Positions 23,451 to 34,500 of a stretch of DNA of 55,917 nt are shown here, piece after piece. The stretch lies in contig NC_069002.1 in the NCBI RefSeq assembly GCF_001194135.2, positions 6,384,996-6,440,912 on the forward strand. The letters are read 5' to 3'. The position numbers were made by a program, and so were the translations under genes. This DNA is from Octopus bimaculoides (Eukaryota). Under the pieces are notes generated by a model, which was not told the origin of the DNA, did not search any database, and worked only from the letters and a program-made list of their open reading frames with translations. Each line of letters opens with the position of its first letter. The first letter of the stretch is position 1.

Positions 23451-23984
23451 ATAAATTAAAGGAAGAGGAGGAGAAAGTATTAATAGGTTGTGTGAGAAAT
23501 GACACGTATAAAGATAGAACTATGAGACGAGAAGAGGTGAGTAAAATCTTAAAATCATGAAAGGAGGTTAGGAAGAAGGAAGTGTTATCGAGAGAGAGTG
23601 GGGGGGGAGACAGAGAGGGGAACAGATTGTATAGATAAATCGATATTAGCTTCATACAGGCAGATATAGTCAGATATATTGACACAAAATGCCAGACAAA
23701 CAAATGGAAACATTCAGTTATATAGGAGATAGATAGAGTTACGTGGACTTAGATTTATGGATGGTCGCAGTCATACAGGCAACGAAACGGCAGTCAAAGA
23801 CAGACAGTAAGAGAAATGCATATCTGAATTCAAATGTACAGATAGGTGTATATATAAATACTATAATATACTAAATGTATTATAATGTAAGTGGCCCGTT
23901 GGCGATCAAAACTTAAACGCAAGTTAATAAACAAGGGTACAAATTGGTACAAATGGGTACCGATTCACCATAGAAAGGTGCTTT

Positions 23985-24330
23985 AGCTCGCTCCCTCGAT
24001 ACTTAATTTATCGACCCCGAAAGGACGAAAGGCAAAGTCGACCTCGGTTGAATTTGAACTCAGAACGTGAGTACGGACGAAATGCCGCGAAGCATTTTTG
24101 CCCGGCGTGCTAACGTTTCTTTTCTACTCTAGGCACAAGGCCCGAAATTTTGGGGGAGGGTGCCAGTCGATTAGATCTACCCTCGTACGCAACTGGTACT
24201 TAATTATTTATCGACCCCGAAAGGATGAAAGGCAAAGTCGACCTCGGCGGAATTTGAACTCAAAACGTAGCGGCAGACGAAATACCGCTAAGCATTTCGC
24301 CCGGCGTGCTAACGATTCTGCCAGCTCGCC
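23985..24330 (-). mobile_element. Two head-to-tail family C SINEs (a third at 24545-24745)
   Basis: Repeated TTTATCGACCCCGAAAGGA.GAAAGGCAAAGTCGACCTCGG blocks. The tail of one copy fuses into the A-box region of the next near 24118. Confidence 0.85.
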
Positions 24331-24349
24331 AATAATAATAATAATAATA

Positions 24350-24509
24350 AACATACAGAAAATTGCACTACTGGGTACTGCACACATCCTACGCAAAACA
24401 CTTTCAATACAGTAAACATAAGAGCACCACAGCAAACCACAGCACATACCCAAGGCGCACAGAGCTGCGCTCGGTAGTGAAGTGAAAGCACGTTATAAAA
24501 ATAAAACTA

Positions 24510-24512
<3 letters not shown>
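24350..24512 (+). mobile_element. 5'-truncated R4/Dong-type RLE LINE 3' end in an (AAT)n tract
   Basis: Encodes NIQKIALLGTAHILRKTLSIQ* (stop at 24415), a typical R4-clade C-terminus, plus ~100-nt 3' UTR. Flanked by (AAT)n at 24331-24350 and 24513-24545. Confidence 0.75.
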
Positions 24513-24545
<33 letters not shown>

Positions 24546-24961
24546 CCTCCTTTCTACTATAGTCACAAGGCCTGAAATTTGGAGGAGGGGATAGTCAATT
24601 ACATTGACCCCCAGTCTTCAACTGGTACTTAATTTATCGATCCCGTAAAGAAGAAAGCTAAAGTCAACCTCGGTGGTATTTGAACCCAGAACGGGAGGAC
24701 AGACGAAACACCGCCAAGCATTTCGCCCGGTGTGCTCGCTGCCTTCATACCAATACTGCGAAAATAATACAGTGAGGGGCAAAGTCGAATATATTGACAA
24801 CAATACCTAATACTTTATTTTAAACTGAATCCGTTTTGAGAATGAGGTTACAAAAATATGTTACCCATTTTCATTCTGCAACCTGGTTTCTTTCTGGTCA
24901 CCTGTAGTTGTAGCGAGTTAACTCTGGTGCAAGGAAATGAACCAGGTTACTTGCACTCTGA

Positions 24962-25295
24962 AGACGCATGGCTCAGTGGTTAGAGCGTCGCGCTCACAAT
25001 CATGAAATAGTGAGTTTGATTCCTAGACCGGTCTGTATGTTGTGTTCTTGAGCAAGACACTTTATTTCACGTCGTTCCAGTTCATTCAGCTGTAGAAATG
25101 AGTTGCAATGTTGCTAATGCCAAGCTGTATCAGCCTTTGCCTTTCCCTTGGAGAACATTGGTGGTGTGGAGAGCGAAGGCTGATATGCAAGGGCGACTGC
25201 TGGTCTTCCATAAAAATAACCTTGCTAGGACTTGTACCTCGGAGGGGAATTTTTCTAGGTGCAATCCTATGGTCATTGATGACCGACGGGGGTTT
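24962..25295 (+). mobile_element. SINE family D (tRNA head + TTGTGTTCTTGAGCAAGACAC, tail type 3)
   Basis: GCATGGCTCAGTGGTTAGAGCG A box and GAGTTTGATTCC B box. Related heads at 17978-18100(+) and 42295-42515(-). Confidence 0.75.
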
Positions 25296-25579
25296 TTACC
25301 CTTTAACCTTTTTATTTGTGAATCATGATATCAGATAAACGCAATGTGTTTCCTATAAAACCTTTGCTCAAGAGCAATTACATTACCAAGTGCAATAAAT
25401 GGGTGCGAGTATTAAGTTATTTTACCATTAAGTTATATAGCAATATGAAAATGGAGGGGATTAATAGGTGGTATTCATAAACTTGCAGACATTGTATTAT
25501 GTCAATTTACTTGTTTATTTGTTTACTAAAAGGGCAATAATAACAATATACAAACACATGTGACAGAAAATGGGATAAT

Positions 25580-25711
25580 ATCTTACAGCTGTTTCAGTCC
25601 AGATGCGACACGCCTCATTCCATCTTTATCACTCCAGTAGACTGAAGTAATTAATTGATGGAATAGATGAAATAGAGGTACATAGTTGATTCTCTAGGCA
25701 TCTTCAGAGAT
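25580..25711 (-). ncRNA. Second, more degenerate hammerhead-like copy (left arm of the foldback)
   Basis: Same core and stems on the minus strand; stem II TGCCTAGA/TCTGGACT pairs at only 6/8. Confidence 0.5.
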
Positions 25712-26269
25712 TTTATAAAGTTCATAAGGTTAAGTTATAAATATAAAAATATAAAAACTGCAAAAAATCCACATATATATGCATACTTTAACATATACAT
25801 AGATATACATAAATACATATATGTACATTTAAATGTACATACATAAATGTCCATACATGCACACAAATGAATCAATTATTATTGTTATTATTATTAGATG
25901 TATTGTATTATACACATTAGGTTGTGAGAAAGTTATAAGGAAGTTATACGAGGAGTGATATTGGAATTAATAAAAACAACATATACTAACATTTTTTTCT
26001 ATACACAGTTTCTTTCTTACATACAAAATTCGTCATAACTTTCTCACAACTCTGTTTACATTTTGCCTACAATACATCTAATAATAATAATAACAATAAT
26101 AATTGATTCATTTGTGTGCATGAATGTACATTTAAATGTACATATATGTATTTATGTTTAATTAAGTTCATGTATATCTATGTATATGTTAAATTATGCA
26201 TATATATGTGGGTTTTTTACGGTTTTTTATATTTTTATATTTGTAACTTAACCTTATGAACTTTATAAA

Positions 26270-26391
26270 ATCTCTGAAGAGGTCTAGAGAATCATCCATG
26301 TACCGCTATTTCATCCATTCCATCTATTAATTACTTCGGTGATAAAGATAGAATGAGGCATGTCACCTCTGGACTGAAACAGCTGTAAGAT
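26270..26391 (+). ncRNA. Type I hammerhead-ribozyme-like motif with extended stem II loop
   Basis: Stem I ATCT(26270-26273)/AGAT(26388-26391); core CTGAAGA(26274-26280); stem II GGTCTAGA/TCTGGACT (8 bp including G-U); GAAAC(26376-26380); AGCT; GTA. Predicted cleavage after 26387. Confidence 0.65.
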
Positions 26392-26474
26392 ATTATCCCA
26401 TTTTCTGTCTCTTTATGTCATTTTTATAATTACTGATAAGACATAAATTGTCACATGCTTTTTATGTGACACAT

Positions 26475-26640
26475 AAAATGCACCCAGCACACTCTGTAAA
26501 GTGGTTGGTGTTAGGAAGCGATATCCAACTATAGAAACCATGTCACAACAGATAATTGGAGTCTGGACGGACTCCCTGCTCGCCAGTTCCATGCCTGCAT
26601 GGAGAGCGGACGTTAAACGATGATGATGATGATGAGGAGG
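26475..26640 (+). mobile_element. Family E retroposon (RTE-like tail, (TGA)n end)
   Basis: CACACTCTGTAAAGTGGTTGG.GTTAGGAAG...CATGGA.AGCGGACGTTAAACGATGATGAT. Other copies: 40215-40490(-), 42553-42667(+), 50565-50745(-), 53525-53745(+). Confidence 0.8.
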
Positions 26641-27471
26641 AGGAGGATGTCTACCTTTTGTCTGTCAAGAAACTCCGAGTACTGTATGGAGTGTTCTATG
26701 TTTGTATGACATATTAGATATATCTATATAGATATATTAAATATATCTCTGTGTGTGCGTGTATATATATATATATATATATATNNNNNNNNNNNNNNNN
26801 NNNNNNNNNNNNNNNNNNNNNNNNNNNNNNNNNNNNNNNNNNNNNNNNNNNNNNNNNNNNNNNNNNNNNNNNNNNNNNNNNNNNNNNNNNNNNNNNNNNN
26901 NNNNNNNNNNNNNNNNNNNNNNNNNNNNNNNNNNNNNNNNNNNNNNNNNNNNNNNNNNNNNNNNNNNNNNNNAGTGCGTGTGTTTTTATTGGCTAAACTG
27001 GCAACATGACCATCCCCAAATACAACAATATCTGTTTCAACACACGATTTCACATCAAGAATCTTGCAAAACGAATATATAAACGTATACACATATATAT
27101 GTGTGTGTGTACAGACGCACCTTTTCATTAATTACTATTTATTACTTTGTTCTGGAGCAAATATTAGTTTCGCTCTTTATATACCAAAAAAAAGAGGGGG
27201 TTAAGAAAGAGAACAGGGGGGGGGGACATGAGGTTTCAACATTTCGTTTCCTAACAACCCACTGGGAAATAATGACAGGTGCAGTGATAGCGTCATTGCG
27301 TGCAAAAACTCTAATCCAATTGTGACTCCTTTGTTAATCGATAAGCTACATTAGGGTCTTATCTTCTTTTCTTTTTTTCTCTTTCAGAAGGCAAGTGCAT
27401 GTTTATTATGGAGAAAGAGCAACATATTGCATCAGATTAATTCGTCAGTTATTATTACTGCTATTGTTATT

Positions 27472-27880
27472 AAGGCGGGAACTGGCAGAGTCGGTTGCGC
27501 GCCGGGCGAAAAGCTTAGCGGTATTTAAACCGTGTTACGTTACGTTCTGAGTTCAAATTCCGCCGAGGTCGACTTTGCCTTTCATCCTTTCGGGGTCGAT
27601 TAAATAAGTATCAGTTACGCACTGGGGGTCGATATATTTCGACTTAATCCGTATGTCTGTCTTTGTTTGTCCCCTCTGTGTATAGCCCCTTGTGGGCAGT
27701 AAAGAAATAGGTACTTAAACCGTGTGAACGTACTGAGTTTAAATTCCGCCGAGGTCACCTTTGCGTTTCATCCTTTCGGGGGTTGATAAATTACGTACCA
27801 GTGAAACAGTGGGGTCAATGTAATCTACTAGTCCCCTTCTCCCAAAATTTCAGGCCTTGTGCTTTTAGTAGAAAGCATTA
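27472..27880 (+). mobile_element. 5'-truncated young family C SINE (27536-27709) nested inside an older family C SINE
   Basis: 16-bp TSD GGTA(T/C)TTAAACCGTGT at 27520-27535 and 27710-27725. Confidence 0.85.
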
Positions 27881-28598
27881 TTTCCGTTATTACTTTTGAT
27901 CAACTTTCGTGTTACTTCGAAAGCGTAATTTATTTTTCTTGCTTAGTTTAGTTCACACTATTTGAGACTTGTCAAACTACTAAGAAATAATACTGTTAAG
28001 CATTTCGCCCGGTGTGCTAACGATTCTACCAACTCGCCGCCTTATAGATGTTTAATTATTAAAGTGGAAAAATTATCCCGAAAGCCATATCTATTCATTT
28101 TTTCAAATGAATGAATGTATGTATGTATACGACTGTCTTCTTTCAGTTTCCGTGTACTAGATCCACTCACAAGGCTTTGGTGGGGCCACGGCTATAGTAG
28201 AAGACACTTGCCCAAGGTGCCACGCACTGGGACTGAACCCAGAACCATGTGCTTGGGAATCAAACTTCTCACCACACAGCCACGCCTACAATTAGCGAAA
28301 GCGTGATACATATTTACCGAGCCATCCTCGTTCGCGAGTGATGACGGCTGGCTTCAGTAATATTTCATAGCAGATGACCCACTTTGCTATTAAAACGAGG
28401 TCAAACAAACTCATTACAAATTGACTCGGACACGTGTAACAGCTGATTGCTGCATCTTGATTGATTTTATGCAAAGGATCCTTCAAGCCGTTCCACTGCA
28501 TGACAGGACTATAAACACCTGCATTTGTATAAGCAACGCTGATCACCTGAATGAAACCGTAGAACGTCTATGCATTCCTTGGAAACATCGAAGAAATC

Positions 28599-29120
28599 CA
28601 GAGCTGTGGAGTCGGAGTCGGTAAATTAGACGACAATCACTTAATTACATAGAGGAGTCGGAGCCGGAGTCGTGGAGTCGGAGTCGTAAAAAAATAAAGA
28701 GGTAGCTGGAGTCGGTGTCGGTAAAATAGACCACAATCACTTAATTACATAGAGGAGTCGGAGGTGCCAATAGTAGAGGAGTCAGAGTCGGAAACAATTA
28801 AGAGTAGCTGGAGTCGGAGTCGGTAAAATAGACTGCAATCACTTAATTACATATAGGAGTCAGAGGTGGCAATAGTAGAGGAGTCAGAGTCGGAGTCGGA
28901 AACAATTAAGGGGTAGCTGGAGTTGGAGTCAGTAAAATAGACCACAATCACTTAATTAGATAGCGGAGTCGAAGTCGGAGGTGCTAATTGTAGCGGAATC
29001 AGAGTCGGAGTCGTGGAATCGGAAACAATTAAGGGGTAGCTGGAGCCGGAGTCGGAGGTGCCAGTAGTAGAAGAGTCAGAGTCGGAGTCCAAATTTTTTT
29101 CTTTTGACTCTACAGCCTTG
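28599..29120. mobile_element. hAT-like MITE with an internal higher-order GGAGTC array
   Basis: Left end CAGAGCTGTGGAGTC; right end reverse-complements to CAAGGCTGTAGAGTC. Flanking 8-mers AAGAAATC / AAAAAATT match at 6/8. About 4-5 internal units of ~100 bp. Confidence 0.7.
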
Positions 29121-29488
29121 AAAAAATTTCTGTAGAAATCTCCGGTGTATACTTCATTTTAAGGTGGTAGGGCGTAAATTTGAAAGAGATTTGGCAGCTA
29201 TTTCTAGCACATCCATCCACCTCGTAGAGATATGTTTGACTATTGCTGTTTAACCACCACCCTCACCCCCACTCCGCTCAGCCATCCAACAAATAAGCGT
29301 CCCAACTATGACCGTCTCTTCTATGTCCTTCCGTTAAGGGTGTTATTTCACCCATGTTATTTCACCCATGTCAAGCGGCCACCTTAGAAACCTCCTCGTT
29401 GTTTCATAGCATTGCTGTTTAACCACGTTTAGCCCTAAGCAAGCAGGCCTATGATCAAAATCATTCATTCCAGCCATGACAGCTTCGC

Positions 29489-29527
<39 letters not shown>

Positions 29528-29879
29528 CTGGCATAATACACCGAAAACTACATCCTCAAATATGTCCTTTGTTTTTATATAAGAAAGTGGAGGGTTTGGC
29601 TGCTATTTCTAGCCGGTCCAGAGACCACTTTGAGGCTTCTGTTGATGTAGATTTTTATTTCTCATTTCCAGACACCCACGCCCTCTATCTGTGACAGGCT
29701 GTAACTAGTGTCTCCTCCCCAACAACCCATCCATTCTTGTTTACCGCCTTTCTGCACACGTGACTATAATAAACTGCCAACACACACATGCACATGTACA
29801 CCTTATACCCACGCACATACATACATACATGCATATATGTGTTCACACGCACACGTACGCACTTGAAGGTCATTCACAA

Positions 29880-30520
29880 TTGACATTGAAACATCGATCA
29901 GCATCATCATCACCACCACCATCATCATCACCATCATCGTCATCATCATCATCACTACCACCACCGCCGCCTCCACTTCTATCATTACCAACGCCACCGC
30001 CTTACCTCCACCATCATCATCATCATCATGATCACGATTGCCGCCGCCATCGCCTCCGCACCCCACCACCACGATTGCATCCCCCCACATCATCAATAAC
30101 AAAACACCACCACCACACTACCACTCACCGCTACTGCCATTACTGCAATCTCTACAATCACTGTTTACTATTGACACCACTTCCACTGCAACTGCTACTA
30201 CAACAGCCAATACGACCACTTCTACCACCACCACCACCACTGTGCTGTAACTACTGCAACCGCTACTGCTGCTGCTACTACCACCGCTACAATCATTGCA
30301 ACCGCCACCACTACCACAATGAATATAACTACTGCTACCACTACTACCACCACTGCCACCAATACAACTCCTCCTACTACCACCGCTACTACAATCTCAT
30401 TACAACTACTACTTCCACCTCCACTGCACCAGGTAACACCACCACTGCTACTATTACTACCTTCAAAAGTGCGACTATTCTGACCACCACTACTACTGCA
30501 GCCGCTACTACCATTGTACT
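29880..30520 (+). repeat. Cryptic trinucleotide (ACC/ACT/ATC) low-complexity tract
   Basis: Direct inspection. Similar tracts at 8500-8585, 32630-33270 and 33900-34130. Confidence 0.9.
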
Positions 30521-33218
30521 ACCTCATCAGTGTTCATCTCTGCTACTCCAACCTTCACTGTCTCAACAAGCCTGGCAAGGAAGGAGCTTCTAAATGGTCG
30601 CTCGAACGGCCAGAAATAGCAGCCAAATCATAATCAAATCACAGCCTACGGTCTTTTCTTCTTTTAATGGAATGAAACATATTCAATGCTGTTCATATGC
30701 AAATAGTCTGAAAATAATAATAATATAAAAAAAAAACAGGAATGGTGTGGTCCCTTTTGGGATGTCTTTGAGCAGTATTACCCTTAGGTAGGTGTAGGCG
30801 TGGCTGTTGTGGTAAGAAGCTTGCTTCCCAACCACATGGTTCCAGGTTCAGTCCCACTGAGTGGCACCTTGGGCAAGTATCTGCTACTATAACCTCAGGC
30901 TAACCAAACCCTTGTGGGTGGATTTCGTAGACGGAAACTGACGGAGGCCCGTCGTGTACACACACACACACATATATATATNNNNNNNNNNNNNNNNNNN
31001 NNNNNNNNNNNNNNNNNNNNNNNNNNNNNNNNNNNNNNNNNNNNNNNNNNNNNNNNNNNNNNNNNNNNNNNNNNNNNNNNNNNNNNNNNNNNNNNNNNNN
31101 NNNNNNNNNNNNNNNNNNNNNNNNNNNNNNNNNNNNNNNNNNNNNNNNNNNNNNNNNNNNNNTATATATATGTATACATATGTATATATATATATATATA
31201 TGTATATATATGTATATATATATATATATGTATATATATGTATATAAATATATATATATATATGTATATATATGTATATAAATATATATATATGTATATA
31301 TACATGTATGTATATATATATATATATTTATAAATATGTATATATACATGTATATATATATATACATGTTCTTGTAACTGTTGCTATACTTACTACTACT
31401 ACTACTACTACTACTTTTACTACAATGAATAGAGACATCTGTTGCCTCCACTGTTGCTATTGTTAGAGCTATCAACCAAATAACATTACGAACTGGAATG
31501 TTAGTGTGAACAGGTTTGTGGTGAATGACAGCGTGGCAAGTATGGTATCCCCAAAGCACCTCTCTTGGTTCCACCATCACTACTACCACTACTACTACCA
31601 CTACTACTACTACTATCACCAACCTATGGATCCTCCGTCAATATTCGACGACGAGATGAGCAGACACGTTATCTCAGCTAATGCAATTTTCTCAGCAGTG
31701 TGTGTGTGTGTGTCTGTGTGTGAGAGAGAGAGGGGGAGGGGGGAGAGAGAGAGAAAGAGAAGATTGGACTATTGTAATACGGGTACAATCCATCCCGATG
31801 ACAAGCTTGTTTCTACCCGTTTTCACTCACAAGGCTTGGGTGGTTGTCCCGAAACTATTACGATGATGGCGACGACGACGACGATGAGGATGATGATGGT
31901 GGTGGTGTCTGTGGTGTTGGTCGTTTTGGGGGTTGATGGTGGTGGTGGTGGTGGTGGAGGTAATTATTGTAATGACAATAACGATGATCATGATTCTAAT
32001 TTCGGCACAAAGCCAGCAAGTTTGAGGGAAGGAAGAAAACCAATTACATCGACCCCGGGGCTCAACAGGCACTTGTTTTATCAACCCCCGAATGATAAAA
32101 GACAAAGTCGACCTCAGCAGGATTTGAACTCAGTACGTAAAGAGCAAGAAGAAATGGTAAGCATTTTGTTCAATGTGCTAACAATTCGGCCACCTCGCCT
32201 CCTTCAATGTCAAAATATTAATAACAATAGTCTCACAATTTGCCAGAAGATCAGCAAATTTTAAGGGGAGGGGCAAGTTCATTATATCGACCTACGCACT
32301 GGTCTGGTACTTTATTTTATCTCTGCTGATTTGACGAACGGCAAAGTTGACTTTGGTTTAATTTGAACTCAGAACATAAAGAACCAGAAGAAATACCGTT
32401 AAGCATTTTGTTCGACGCAATAACGGTTATGTCACCTTGTTGCCTTAAAAGAATTGGTTCCATTCCTAGGGATAAAAATACAAAAAGAAAAAAAGGTTTC
32501 GAAAATATTAAAAAAAAAATTTCTCCAAGATGGCAAGTAGTAAGATTGAACCTAGAACACCGAGGTTGTAAAGAGAAGTTCTTAACTGCTAGCCATGCCT
32601 GTGTCCACCACCGTCTATTTTTATTTCTATAATCATCACTGCTACAACTACTAACATTCACCACCACCACCACTACTACTACTACTACCACCACCACGAA
32701 TACCACTACCACCACCACCACCACCACCAACACGTCACCTATTAGTCCCATGATCAAAACCACCACCACTAGCAACCACTACTACCACCACCTCGACAAC
32801 TACCATTACCACCACGACCACAACCGCTACTTGCATCCCTGCTACTGTAACCGCTACTACCACAATCACTTCAACAACTGCCACCACGACTACTGCAACT
32901 ACCACTACCCTAGTCACATGAACCACTTGTAGTACCAATACCACCACCACCACCAGCACTACCACTACAACCGCTACTACAACGACGACCACTACAACAA
33001 CTGCAACCACCGCTACCACATTTACATCAATCACTTTTAGCACCACTACCACTGCAACAACTACTACAACGCCCAGTATAACCACTACTACTGGCATCGC
33101 TACTACAAACGTTAGTCCCATGACCGTCACCACTACTGCCGCAACTACTACAACCGTCACCACCACCACCACCACCACCATTCCGTTCAATAACCCCATG
33201 ACCACCACAACCACAATC

Positions 33219-33250
<32 letters not shown>

Positions 33251-33663
33251 CACCACTACCATTATTGCTAGTGTGACCTCATGGGAGGAGGTGTGGAATA
33301 ATGGCCTCAGTCTGCTAAAAATAGTAACCAACTCCGTCTTAAATCATACAGACTATCATCTGTAAAATCTTTGAAGGACAACAGACTGCGTCTGAAGGAC
33401 AGTGCTATCATCCGGTGATGTCCTTGAGACAAGGGGTCGGGGGACAACAAAATGAAAAAAAAAAGAAAGGAAAAGAAAAATAGACAGATTGGTGGGTTGG
33501 TCATTGTTGTTGGAACGCCTTTGCCACAGAGGTCTTCTGGAGCAGGGGGTTCATCTTGGGTCATTTATTCCAACCACAAAATAGCAACATCACCGTTGCT
33601 ACCATCATCATCATCATCAGCAGAAAAAGATATTACCGTCACATCCAGTCCTGACCACTATAT

Positions 33664-33890
33664 CAGGCGAGCTGGCAGAATCGTTAGAGCGCCGGACGAA
33701 ATGCTTAGCGGTTATTTTCGCCCGTCGCTACGTTCCGAATTCAAATTCCGCCGAGATCGACTTTGCCTTTCATCCTTTCGGGATTGATTAAATAAGTACC
33801 AGTTACGCACTGGGATCGATGTGATCGATTAGTCCCCCCTCCCACCCCCACAAAAAATTTCAGGCCTTGTGCATTTAGTAGAAAGGATTG
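33664..33890 (+). mobile_element. SINE family C, full length
   Basis: AGGCGAGCTGGCAGAATCGTTAG head through the ...GGCCTTGTGCATTTAGTAGAAAGGATT tail. Confidence 0.9.
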
Positions 33891-34171
33891 TTATATTTTC
33901 TTCTGTTTCTGATAACTACCACAGCTACTATGACTACCCCTATGATTCTAACCATCCTCGTTACTACCACCACCATCATCATCGTCACCGCAACCTTCAC
34001 AATCACCCTACTACCATCACCACCTCAATCACCATCACAACCCCGCCGCCGCCACCACCACCACTATCACCACAGCAGCGACCACAACACATCCACCACT
34101 ACAACCACAACCACCACCACCAAAACTAATCTATAATATAGATAAATCGATCCTGGCGGCGTGTGTTCCTG

Positions 34172-34500
34172 CTGTTCGATCGACAGAAAGAGTCTTTATT
34201 TGTTGCATTAGCGTGTAAGTGGCTGAGTATCCCGCAGAAAATTCAGTCAAAGACGCCAGTTGGGAGTAAAGCAAATCATACCTTCTGACATTCATTCCAG
34301 TTCTTCCTAGAACCAGACCCAGTTGGAACTCTTCTCGGCTGCTTCTGTCCTTACCTTAGGAGCTCTGCTTCTCTTTTCCCTAGAAATTGTGAACCGTCTC
34401 TTGAGATCACAGACAGATTTGTCCACAACCTTCTCGCATTCCTCTTATATCTAAGAACACTTAAAATTATTCGTATTCTGCATAAACTTCCACTTAGTTA
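34172..34500 (-). pseudogene. Decayed HERO/NeSL-type LINE C-terminus plus putative 3' UTR
   Basis: Minus strand reads ...KRSRAPKVRTEAAEKSSNWVW (TEAAEKSSNWVW at 34311-34348), resembling the HERO 'eAAEkaS.WlW' end. Confidence 0.65.

Larger units (their letters stand above)
25562..26409. repeat. Long foldback: ~375-bp inverted arms with ~100-bp spacer
   Basis: 25562-25936 is the reverse complement of 26035-26409 with scattered substitutions and indels (e.g. GACAGAAAATGGGATAATATCTTACAGCTGTTTCAGTCCAGA and its reverse complement). Confidence 0.95.

Noticed and set aside
27388-27450. Strong acceptor (TTTCAG) as SLC7 exon 2
   Set aside because: The phase-1 frame stops after ~16 codons with no SLC7 similarity.
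28292-28546. RT-like ORF (RERGWLG)
   Set aside because: The similarity is a single short motif, insufficient to call.
28599-29120. CRISPR array
   Set aside because: Eukaryotic context, hexamer-based repeats, recurring rather than unique spacers, no cas genes, and TIR/TSD-like ends.
29760-30593. 277-aa His/Pro/Thr-rich ORF
   Set aside because: Translation of trinucleotide repeats that are stop-poor by composition; it drifts between frames and has no splice or domain support.
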